A DNA stretch of 64,000 nt from Antedon mediterranea (taxonomy: Eukaryota > Animalia > Echinodermata). Both the position numbers and the translations under genes were made by a program. The notes beneath the pieces were generated by a model. It was not told the origin of the DNA, made no database searches, and worked only from the letters and a program-made list of their open reading frames with translations. How positions within the stretch are numbered: position 1 is the stretch's first letter; each line of letters opens with the position of its first letter. Shown here piece after piece: positions 12,546 through 23,681 of the stretch. Location: NCBI RefSeq assembly GCF_964355755.1, contig NC_092671.1, positions 3,534,001-3,598,000 on the forward strand. Reading direction: 5' to 3'.

Positions 12546-12740
12546 TTGACATCACAGCATCCATATGCTGAGGTATACATTGGAAAACCATACGTGTACA
12601 CTGTGGACATAACCAACACAACTGCTCTTGAGCTAGCCTTAACTGAAATACAAAAACAAGACGAGTTAGCACCTTATCTACCGTATGAGTTTTCTTGTGA
12701 GGGTATGCTACAGAGGGTTAGCGTCTATATTCAAAATCAG
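12546..12740 (+). CDS. MGAT5: MGAT5 exon
   Basis: ctccag/gtaaga boundaries. Encodes LTSQHPYAEVYIGKPYVYTVD...PYLPYEFSCEGMLQRVSVYIQNQ. Confidence 0.97.
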
Positions 12741-12889
12741 GTAAGATGCGCAATAATTAGGCCAGCAGAAACACATAGATATGATGTTTGCATTTGTTAA
12801 AACTTCTGTATGCGATTTCGACTTTTAATCGCATTTGCAAATGATGTTACATCAACTCATAAGTGCATGGCAGCATACATTAAGTACTA

Positions 12890-13145
12890 GACGCTTTTAA
12901 TATATAGCGCTTACTGCTCAATACTTCTGAGCACTTTACATTATTACCACCCTGGTTATTTGAATACATTCGTATGGACAGCTCTCATAATGTTGCATCA
13001 GCAGCATTTGTGTTAGATCCTACCAGGTATCCATTTGTACACCTTGGTGAAGAGATGCAAACATTATTGAAGTGTCTTGCCTAAAGACTAGCATTGGTCT
13101 CAACTCCCAATCCCACAATCAGAATTGCACTGCACCACCATATTG
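12890..13145 (-). mobile_element. Decayed SINE (conserved central domain, L2-like tail)
   Basis: Minus strand GGCAAGACACTT...TCTCTTCACCAAGGTGTACAAATGGATACCTGG and tail TGTAAAGTGCT...AAGCGCTATATA. Confidence 0.65.
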
Positions 13146-13333
13146 GCCTACCCTTTATTAATATTAGGGAAAGTCATGTTTTGTGAAATATATACAGAAA
13201 AAAGTATATATAAAAAAAATGATTTGATATGAGTCTAAAAAATACAACATCCAATACTTTAACTGAGTCCAATACATTCACTGGATTGCTTATACTATTT
13301 CACCAGTTCAAAATAAAGTGTTTTTGTTTTCAG

Positions 13334-13430
13334 AACTTCTGTGATGAGTCCCATTGGCCTCCGAAGCAAGCAATGAAACAAATAATGTCCAAAGCAGGGC
13401 AATCATGTAAACATGCTTGCAGTAAGAAAG
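13334..13430 (+). CDS. MGAT5: MGAT5 exon
   Basis: tttcag/gtacag boundaries. Encodes NFCDESHWPPKQAMKQIMSKAGQSCKHACSKK(G). Confidence 0.94.
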
Positions 13431-13578
13431 GTACAGAATTTTAACAATTTGTTAATTTTTACAATCATCTTTGAAATATAAAGAGACATTGTTAATTTTG
13501 GTGAATTACCATATAAATTCATTTGATTAAATAATTGATTTAAATTAATAATTGGTTACTATTTTATTTATTTTTTAG

Positions 13579-13636
13579 GATTTATATGTGAACCAGACTT
13601 CTTCAAGTATATTGATAATAAGGAGAACTTTCAACA
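13579..13636 (+). CDS. MGAT5: MGAT5 small exon
   Basis: ttttag/gtaagt boundaries. Encodes (G)FICEPDFFKYIDNKENFQ(Q), matching 'LICEPSFF'. Phases fit both neighbours. Confidence 0.93.
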
Positions 13637-13771
13637 GTAAGTGGTAACAAACAAACTTACTTTAAAACACTAGAGGGAGACAAAAACAGAAAATATAACT
13701 TTCCAACACTAGAGGGAGACAACCAGAAAATGTATCATGAATTTTCAAATAATTTTTTTTTTTTTTTGCAG

Positions 13772-13970
13772 AAACAATATACCTTGTGAAGAGTTTAAGT
13801 CGTTTAATGAGATTATAGCGCCCTCTTTTGATACAGAAAGTAAAATATGCTACACTCAGTCCGAGACACTTTTATATAGTTGTGCTGGATATGAACATGG
13901 GTTCAAAAGAATGTGTCCCTGTAGAGACTTTATTAAAGAACAAATTGCATTCTGTACTGAATGTGTATAA
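13772..13970 (+). CDS. MGAT5: MGAT5 last coding exon
   Basis: ttgcag acceptor. Encodes NNIPCEEFKS...LLYSCAG...RMCPCRDFIKEQIAFCTECV then TAA, matching the GnT-V C-terminus 'CPCRDFIKGQVALCKDCL'. Confidence 0.96.
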
Positions 13971-14204
13971 CGCTGGGTTTGATGTGTTTTGCTTAGTAAC
14001 ACAGTAGAACCACCTTTAGGACTGTAAGAAATCTTTGAGAAAGAACAGTGAGATTACACAAGATTACACCATTTTTTGTGTGACATTTTCAAAAGGAGAC
14101 AAAAGCAGACCTATTATGGTATGAAATTTCAAATTCTATCTGGTACTGGCAGCTAACAACAACAAGATATTGTTAAGGCAATCTTTGATTGATTGATTGA
14201 AATT

Positions 14205-15170
14205 TTTATGGTGAAGGTAAAAATTTGTGTGGACTTTTTGTAAAAAGAATCCAGCGAGCATGATGATGACATCATAAAATTGGTGAACATTTGAGTGGAC
14301 CTTTGAAGAGAATCCAAAGAGCATGATGATGACATCATCTAAGACATCATCCAATTGGTGAACATTTGAGTGGACTTTTGAAGAGAATCCAAAGAGCATG
14401 ATGATGACATCATCAAATTGGTGAACATTTGAGTGGACCTTTGAAGAGAATCCAAAGAGCATGATGATGACATCATCTAAGACATCATCCAATTGGTGAA
14501 CATTTGAGTGGACCTTTGAAGAGAATCGAAAGAGCATGATGATGATGACATCATCTAAGACATCATCCAATTGGTGAACATTTGAGTGGACTTTTGAAGA
14601 GAATCCAAAGAGCATGATAATGACATCATCAAATTGGTGAACATTTGAGTGGACCTTTGAAGAGAATCCAAAGAGCATGATGATGACATCATCAAAGATG
14701 ACATCCAATTGATGAACATTTGAGTGGACTTTTGAAGAGAATCCAAAGAGCATGATGATGACATCATCAAATTGGTGAACATTTAAGTGGACCTTTGAAG
14801 ATAATCCAAAGAGCATGATGATGACATCATCTAAGACATCATCCAATTGGTGAACATTTGAGTGGACTTTTGAAGAGAATCCAAAGAGCATGATGATGAC
14901 ATCATCACAATTTATGAACATTTTTGTGGACTTTTGTAGAAAATCCAGAAAGCATGATGATGACATCATCAAATTGTTTGAAGTTTCAGTTTTATTTTGA
15001 TATTCAAGCACTTTAATATCATTGTGATAACATCATCATATTGTTCCAACATTTAGATATAGGATGTAACATTTGGTGGTGTTATTTTGAGGCAATGACA
15101 TCATCAGTTTGGTGAACATTTTATTTAAAAAAAACCAGAATGTGTAGATGATGTCATCACATTGGCGAAA
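14205..15170. repeat. Tandem array of 63/75-bp units downstream of the MGAT5 stop
   Basis: Unit TTGGTGAACATTTGAGTGGACYTTTGAAGAGAATCCAAAGAGCATGATGATGACATCATC(+12)AAA. Periods from 14280 are 75,63,75,78,63,75,63,75,64,63, with degenerate units at both ends. Confidence 0.97.
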
Positions 15171-15355
15171 ATTTACAAAAAAGATACGGATATGACAATA
15201 TGAGCTGTTTGGAAATTGAGGCGTGTACAAAGTTAATTAGCCGTATTATATAACATGATACTGAAATTTAAATCATTATTTACTGCGTTGTACATAAGGG
15301 GCCAATGTAGATAACTAAAATGCAATTTTCTAAAAGTCATGTACATAATTGATGT

Positions 15356-15374
15356 AATAAAATGATAAAATAAA
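15356..15374 (+). terminator. Candidate MGAT5 polyadenylation signals (AATAAA x2)
   Basis: First AATAAA hexamers seen downstream of the MGAT5 stop, at 15356 and 15369. Confidence 0.45.
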
Positions 15375-16242
15375 ATGAGTATATATTTTTATAAAGATTT
15401 TAGCTAAGATTTATTATTAAAATTAAAATTAATATTATAGCTGTCTTGTTGTTGAATCTAGAAGTTATTTGTTACAGTTGTAGGTTAATTATAAAACTTG
15501 CTACATAATTAATAAACTAAGACTGTATGCATCACATTTAATATTTAGTTTAGGTTAGTTTTCACTTATTGTTATATGACCTTTGACCCACTGACGACAA
15601 CCAAATTTATATATCGGCAGGTAGATGTAAAAATAATAAACATTCGTGTGGTGATATTCTGTAGTGTTACATCTCATACATGTTATAAGCGCAATATTAC
15701 TGTTAAATTGTACAAAATTATAGACCAAAATACTTAAAATTGGTTGTCCTATTAAGAAAGATTATTTACGATAGTTAAATTTTGACACATATTATTTATT
15801 TAGTTAATTTAGACAATACCTAATCATTTTAATTGATAAAATTTAATTATTTTGATTGTTATTTCTTCTACTTAATATAATAGGCTAAAACGAGAGAAGA
15901 AACAACTTTATGTAATCTGCCATCAATTACACCAAACCCGAGAACCGTACCTATAACAGGTTACGACGTTTTCGACTTAATTTAATTAACTTAATTTTAA
16001 ATTTCACGATGATGATAATTAAATTGTCAATGTCTAAAGTGTACTGAAGTACTTACAGCAAAGAATAACTGTGAGTGCTTTAGAAACCATGTCAAAATTA
16101 TTCTACAATTTGTGTACTCTTTCACCTGTTTGATTCAGTTATTTATCAATACAATAATTATACAATGTTTTTGTTTCTAAACTTCTATACTGAAACAAAC
16201 TAAAATCTGATATTATTACAGTAAATAATACTGTAACTAAAC

Positions 16243-16760
16243 TTGTTTAGTCTTAAGGACCCTGTCCCTGATGTGTTCCGCTCTTGTGTAGTCTTAAGGA
16301 CCCTGTCCCTGATGTGTTCTGCTCTCGTGTTGTATATAAATTTAAATGTATGGGATGTAATTCCATGTATATTGGTGAAACCAATAGACGGTTATCAATG
16401 CGGGTGCGTGAACATTTCAGGCACAAGGCTTCTCACATTTTTCAACATCTGCAGGATTCAGAACGGTGTAAGGCCCTCGCTAATGCGGGTTGCTTCACCG
16501 TTCTGGATTCTGCAGATTCCGCTTTCAAACTTAAGGTCAAGGAAGCCCTCCACATCTCGTGGAGTAAACCTTCCTTGAACAAACAAATCTATAACTTAGG
16601 CGTCACACTTGCCATATGATTGGTTGTTGCCTACATTCCTTGTTTTATTATGCTAATTACTTACTTATTTACATACAATATGTCCTATTGGTATATAAGC
16701 ACTCTAGGCGTTGTTTACTGTTCTGATGATGAGAATAGTTTCTCAAAACATTAAAATATT
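16243..16760 (+). mobile_element. 5'-truncated Penelope-like retroelement: GIY-YIG endonuclease C-terminus and 3' pseudo-LTR
   Basis: Encodes VVYKFKCMGCNSMYIGETNRRLSMRVREH...HIFQH...F.VLD...LKVKEALHI...PSLNKQ (stop at 16619), with the GIY-YIG and CCHH pattern of Penelope EN. 41-bp tandem duplication at the 5' end. CCAAT-like, TATA and hammerhead-like motifs lie downstream. Confidence 0.9.
16715..16756 (+). ncRNA. Degenerate minimal hammerhead ribozyme of the Penelope-like element
   Basis: CTGATGA at 16723-16729, stem II GAGAA-tagt-TTCTC at 16731-16744, then AAAACATT where GAAACGTT is expected. Confidence 0.6.
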
Positions 16761-19700
16761 AACATGTGGCATAGTACATACAGGGAGTTGTAATCTAATC
16801 ACAACATTTTCTGTCAAATGATTTATTTATATACAGTACACGGCTCTGCCAATATCAGATGTAAGAACCTCTATCTATTGACCAGTATTAAACCAAATCC
16901 AGGTGTAGCCTATGTGTAATGGCCCATCTCACAAAGGACCAACATTTAAAAACATATTTATTTAGCTTCTCTATAACTTTACAAAGACGTAAATAAACAT
17001 TGTTGTTTATAAAATAAACAAATGTATTTATTCATCTTGATTTGTTGTCAATGTTTATTTTAAAAATTATTAAAAAAAATTCATTAAGGTAAATGGCTGG
17101 ATTTCAATTTAGATAAAAATGAATAACATAAAGAAAAGAAATAAACAAAGATGAAATTAAATTATATTATTATAAGTTATATATTATTAGTATTTTTTTT
17201 CAAAAAATTTTGTAATTGAAATTTTAAACTATTCTAAAGATAAAAGAAATAGTTCAATTCTTATTCATACTAGACTATTCATACAAAAATTTTAAATTTA
17301 TTTAAAATTCATTTCGTTTTTGCTTTTTTCATGATTTTTCAAAAATGTTTTCATTTATGCAAATTACTTCAGTGTGTGTGGAATTGATTGTATCATAGCT
17401 ATATTATGTAAATCAAAAAATGTTTAAAAGGTTATTGTCAGTAATTAAGTCGCTTGATTTATTATCCAATAATTTATTGATTATTGATATCAATCAGTGA
17501 TATTGGTCAATTATTTTATTGACCGTTTGATTCTTTAGTAAGTGACCAATTGTATTGATTGGTTGATAAATTGATTGATATATATTTGTGCAATTTAGGT
17601 TACACATCTTTTTCTCTACATTCATCCTGTGCCTTTATCTTTATAATTAGTGTTCAGTCGCTTATGTTTTCCTTCGCAATTTATTTTGTGGGTTTGATGG
17701 TTGCTTACTTGTCAATTTCATGATACTGGGTTCAAGTCTTATCTGATATCAGAATTTATTTCCTTACAACAACCACTTCCCAAACAGACTTATTAAGAAT
17801 GATAATATTGTGTTTGTTTGTTTGATTATATTTGCTATTCGCATTAATAATAATAATAATAATAAAAATAATTAAAATATATTATTGTGCATTCATTTTA
17901 TACACTCTTGTCGAAAGAAAACGCGTCAAAATATTGTCTAGTCTTAAGGTCAATTTACACAGACGAGCGGTATGCAAAAAACCGCGTAGCTTGTCCCATG
18001 TAGAATCTATCTATCCTGAGAGGAACCTCCCGTCCGCTCCGCGATGGTCATAAAGAATAACATAGATTCTATATTTTTATTACCGTTACCGCTTGTCTGT
18101 ATTAATTGGCCTTTATCGTGTATTTCGTAACAGTCTTCTACGGTTTCATCAAAAACCTCACATTGACAGTAATCTAGATAGCGCCCTCTATATCGTCACC
18201 GTTTATCGGTTCTTTCTGTGCGTGCAAGATGGTGACGGTGAGGAAATTGAAGGCGAACGCTAATAAAACAAGGCACGTTCTTTAATATTTAAAGCATATA
18301 AAATGCAAGGTAGGCCTACGTTAATCTAATAATATGAATTCCAATCATTTTTCATTCATATTTCGATAAATTCATAGATTTTAAGAGAATTAACCTTATC
18401 GTAGGCCTAATGTATGCGTATTCGTAACATGACGCGTGCAGGCTTATGTAGTTATTTACCCGGGTAAGTTTGTTATACCTTGGCATATGAAGCCGGCTTG
18501 GCGGTTAAATTACCGGTTTTTAAACTGGCCTTTCAAGAATCTTATTTTCTATATTTCTGCGAATGATCTAGTTATGTAACTCAAATGCATGGTCTAGAGG
18601 CAAGCAGGTAACTCTTCCAAAATCTGGAGATATACAAAGAAATATATTTACATATTATCTTGATGTTATTTTATATATGAGCATACGTTGGGAATACACT
18701 ATCTGTATCGGTAGCCATCTTGTTATTTCAAGGCCATCTTTTCCAATTTTCAAAGAGTTTCAAAATCATTTAATTGGAATGTATCTAATTTATACTTATC
18801 TTGATAGCTATGGTTTATTCGACGCTTGCCATCTTCAATTAACGACATATTTGACCGGGATTGGCTGTGTCTTAATGTTAACACATACAGGCGTCACGTG
18901 ATGCATATGTTACACTGTATTATTTGCCTGTTTTAATAATGTAGAATTATCGTGATCTGTATGTTGATAAAATTGTTGTAATACAGTTTATTCGAATGTT
19001 TTTTGACATTTATACTTACTATTTCTGATACTACTGCACTCGTCGTGAGTTGAGGCCTAGGATGTGTGTGATCCTAGCGGCAGGTGCTGTCAACTTGCCT
19101 GTGCTCATTCACCGCGTACATGATTCTTAACGTCGTTACCTAATTACTTGGGTTTTTAGATAAACTAAGTCACCAAGTTATTATTCTCGTGGGATATTAA
19201 AACGGTATTCGTACAAATTATCGTCAATTTTGCCAAGGAGAAATGCTAGAGTAAAAAAATATTTGATTATTTAGAAAGAGCGTGTTTTGAATTGGTTGTG
19301 TGCGATTGGGTTATTATTTCGATAGAAACAGCCTGTCGCACATCATTAGTATCGAATGTGTGGAAATATGTTATAGTGATGCTACTGATCTAATACAAAT
19401 CTATAATGTGATAATAATAGTGTTTTCGTGTAAAGTTCTTAACTTTATAACCTTCGAAATAAATTCCACTTTGACAAAACACCTGTTGATTTGCATAATA
19501 TGATTATTGCGCAAAATCTTATTCTTTTATAGAATTTTTTAGTGTTTTACAGCCCATATTTCTCAGTAAATTCAATATTTTATTTTTTAAAGTATTTATG
19601 TTGTATTAAAATTTAATAATAATACCGATACAATATTCATATTCATTAATTGTCCAAGCTAATGGAAATTACATCGTCCATTGACTTTCTGATTCTGACA

Positions 19701-20929
19701 GAAAAAAAAAATTAATTTCAGATATTTTAAAAGTGTCTCCCTTTCCAGCTGGGTCGAATACAGTAAGTGCTTGTAACGGTCCGTGTGAGCATTTCTGTTC
19801 CTCTACCAATTTTAACAATAATGGCACCATAATTTCGGATGGAAAGCGGAGGACATGTGTCGACCAATGTTATAGAAAAATACATGGCCTATAATATAAT
19901 ATTAATTGAACGTGTAGTTAATTAGGAGACAATCACAACATTGTTGTCCCATTGATTATGTAGGCCTACGTAAAACAACAAATCGTGACTAATGCTAATA
20001 AGTTCTATTTAAATAGTGAATTGTTTTATATTTTAAGTTTTCGTTCGAGTTCAATGTGTATGCAACGGTCATTGTCACACATTATATTGCATTGCAGAAC
20101 AAAACAGTATTGTTATAAACACGAGGCAACCAGGGAAGAAGTCCCTGAGATACCCTATCTAGGCCTAGCATGCAAGCATCCTAGCCGACTGCTGACGGCC
20201 TAGCATGCACGAATTCTAGCCGACTGCTGACGGCCTAAAACATATGTGTGGATAAAAAAGAAAAAAATGTCTGGTTAAAATTAGCCTCGAAGTTAATAAA
20301 ACTTGCTTAATTGTGTTTTCTTAACAGTATCCATATTAACATTTAAAATGATTAAAACAATTATATTTCGACAAGTATGGAGCAAATCGACTGGCGAGTA
20401 TCGTAATGTGTTTGATTTAATTAGTTTACTCAATTTCCTTTATAAATATTTATAATTCATATCAGTCACTATTAATGTCACCAATGATCTAATATCACAT
20501 GTCCAGAAGTTTGTGACAATTTAGATGAAGGATATTTGGGTAATGTAATAATGTACTTTATGTTGAACAATTCAAGCCAAAAAAAAAAAAACCCCACAAT
20601 GCGTTTAATCGTCGGCTCAAATAATTGCAAATTCCCCATGACATTACAAACAATTATTTTTCGTTATGCAAGTTTTTATTTCCAGAGAGAATGGCATACT
20701 ATAGATAATAATAACTATTCTTGTAACGTTATTATTGTGTTGTTGTATGCACTTTTGCTATGACTAAAGTTTGTCTAACTTTTTTTTATTATGAATACTA
20801 GGCCTATATCACCTTGGAAGTGTACCGCGTGTAAGTGGTTAAATTGTGTTTTGTTAGCCAATCAATGGAAGATAAAATTAGAATTAATATAGGCCTAGTA
20901 ATCATTAGCCGTAACTTGTTCATTGTTAA

Positions 20930-21782
20930 GGCATCACGCACTGGTTCTATTTAGCAGTGACTGTGACAGTAGAGCTATGCCAACTGAGACAGTTGGTAGC
21001 AGCACGCTTTCACGATAAACTACTAAGGGCAAACCGTTCAGGAAATATCGAATTTTGATTTCATTAATATACCACGTGAGCAAGGAAAGCAGCTGATTGG
21101 TGGGTTAAAGAGTCGTCTGTAATACGCAAGGCAGACGATCAACGAGTTCATCATCACTGATAAGTGTCAACAACAATAAGAAGACGGTTTATTATACTAA
21201 AGCTTCAGATGCTGTTGATAAATACATCATCGCGATTATAATTATCTGATTTTCCAATTGCTGTTGAACTATATAGTTAGATTCAACGGAGTAAAAGCAT
21301 TTTAATCGCAAGTGACACCTGTATGCATAAGTACGTCATGGTGACTGAAAAACCGTAATTCTTATGCACTGTGATAATTGCTGCTGGTACTGTATTACGT
21401 TTCCGGTGATCGAGAGGGCCTGGTAATTTTATTATCCAAGGCCGAGGAAGCACCTCGCTAGACGCTTGGAAATATTTTATTGGTAATCCACGGATCGTCG
21501 TGTTAGGGGAAGCAATGAACCGGGGCCGGTGTTAACAAAACGGTGATTATAGCGACTTTGTCATCATCGTGAATATTTTTAACATTGTTAACCTGATTAT
21601 ATATTAACTTGCTGGAATATAATGTCAAATTATTTGATCGATAAAGACATTTTATTTTTTCATCGTTGTAACAGACACACTTCGTATATGGAATACTCTT
21701 CTGAAGGAATATAATTTAAATTTTTTAGAATCGAATTCTTTTAAATGAAATTTTAACCTGGAATTTGTAGACTTTGACTATA
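20930..21782 (+). promoter_or_regulatory. Probable BMPER promoter/5'UTR region
   Basis: Non-repetitive, CpG-containing stretch directly upstream of the ATG, with an E-box CACGTG (~21072), an inverted CCAAT (~21095) and TACGTCA (~21332). TSS not determinable. Confidence 0.4.
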
Positions 21783-21888
21783 ATGCGAATGTTAGGTGAA
21801 TGGGTAAGGAATGCCCTGTATCCGAACTTATTATTTTTCGCTGTTATTTTATTCCATACTTTAACAGGAGTTCACACACAGTTAGAGG
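21783..21888 (+). CDS. BMPER: BMPER/crossveinless-2 first coding exon (signal peptide)
   Basis: ATG to a strong G|gtaagt donor. Encodes MRMLGEWVRNALYPNLLFFAVILFHTLTGVHTQLE(G), with a hydrophobic core. The phase-1 end matches the exon at 58931. Confidence 0.75.
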
Positions 21889-23481
21889 GTAAGTCTTTTA
21901 CAATATCTTGTCTGTATTACTTTTATAATGTTTTTTTAACGACCCATGTAATTATTTTTAACACAATGTTGTTTCGCCTGAGTAGGCCGATTATATTGGA
22001 ATAATTGTATTGAGATCATTGCAATTTGTATTACATACCGGTATAGAGCCTGATCTGGTAATATACTGTAGTACCGTATATTATTGTATGCAATATAAGT
22101 ACAGTACCTATACATTTCAGTATACTGTCTATAGTTAATGCTATATAATGATGACACAACTTTATATAAGTATTATATAATGATACATTCAAGTTCTGTA
22201 TAAGCACAATTTTTGTTTAATACATTCGTTCACATTGTTTATACAATGAGTTCAATGACCTTAAAACTTATTTTCAGGCCTATCTTTATTATATTATAAT
22301 GTGAACGCAATCAAGGATACACAAAGTATATTATTATGTATGAACCGCAACATATTGTTTATGATAACTTAAATACAAACATGGTAGGCCTACCACATGT
22401 CGATTTATACATGTGTATAAATATGCACTTTGTACCGTACCGATCGCTTTCCTGTAATAGTGTTGTTATAATCTACATTAAACCCTATTTAATTGTTTTG
22501 TATTGTGTGATGGCGCGCCAAGAACTATGGGTTTTATCTGTTTCTCTCATCGTCTGCTGTCGCCTGTTGTTAGTTCCCGCGTGCCAGACGCACTCGTTTT
22601 TGATTGGTTCTGACTAGATAAGCACGTGCTAAGTAGTTGTGTAAAGCGACAGACAATTAAGAAACAATGGTCAGGATTATCACAACAAATAAAACACGAT
22701 ACCAATTTTTAATAAATCTGGAGTCTTACAGACTAAACGTTAAAAAAGACCCAGCAAAAGTAAACCAATACAAAAACAACCTCATTGAAGAACTAAAACA
22801 TATAGATATTACACCTAGGTCTCAGTTATATTTAATGTATCTTCAGAAATGTTAGAAAACATTTTTATATATTATTAACTTGATGATTAGTAATTTTTAA
22901 CCAGTTATACTTATGTTAGAAATTTACTTAATAGAACACAAATCACAAAATTCATATTTTTCTTCAAGACAATAAAATCGCGAAAATAAAAGGTCGCAAA
23001 ATAATTCGAAACGAAAATCGTGAAAATTTCTTACCACGAAAAAACTTTTATTACTTTTTTTTCAATATGAAATCATTTTTTTCTTGACTTATATTGACAT
23101 AGATATAATATAGAGAAAAAACGGTCGTAACACTTTCTCTTAAACGAGTAATATCGTATCCGCATAACAACATTTGTAAAGGATATTAATTTAGGCTTAG
23201 ACATGCTTTCCTTTTTTATTATCAAATATCATTGCATAAATTGAAACCATATGTAATTGTATATATATTTCTTATAGATCAACTAATTTCTTTCAACTTT
23301 AACTTGAACTGTTAAAAAGGCTGTCACGATGATTTAACATCACTTAAAACAGCGTGTTCCTTGTTTTATAGTCTGTAGAGGGAGATAATATTTTAGATAG
23401 ATATTAAATGAATCATAAGAATTGATTTTTTTTATTCACTTTATTCAATCATCATACATAAATATTTTACGGTATTTTGTA

Positions 23482-23681
23482 CAGTATCATGTTATGATAC
23501 AGTGTCATATGTGTATCACATGTGAGGCCTGTATCGTAATTGTGGGCCTAAGCGTAACCTACCCATTGATACAGGCATGGACATAAGTCCATGATACAGG
23601 CACCGACATAAATCCATGATACAGGCACCATAATATGTGACGCAATGTAGCTCTGTATTACAGTATTTGCCTATGATACGG
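23482..23681. mobile_element. MITE family C copy
   Basis: CAGTATCAT...CCTATGATAC ends; internal GATACAGGCA repeats. Confidence 0.65.

Noticed and set aside
14320-14340. Shared CATGATGATG word between the 3'UTR array and the MITE A core; also box C-like ATGATGA
   Set aside because: A low-complexity 10-mer with no further similarity, and no paired D box or terminal stem for a snoRNA.
14136-15011. 291-aa minus-strand ORF as a protein-coding gene
   Set aside because: Non-ATG start, entirely generated by a tandem repeat with mostly triplet-multiple units, no recognisable domain or cleavage motifs, and antisense to the MGAT5 3' region.
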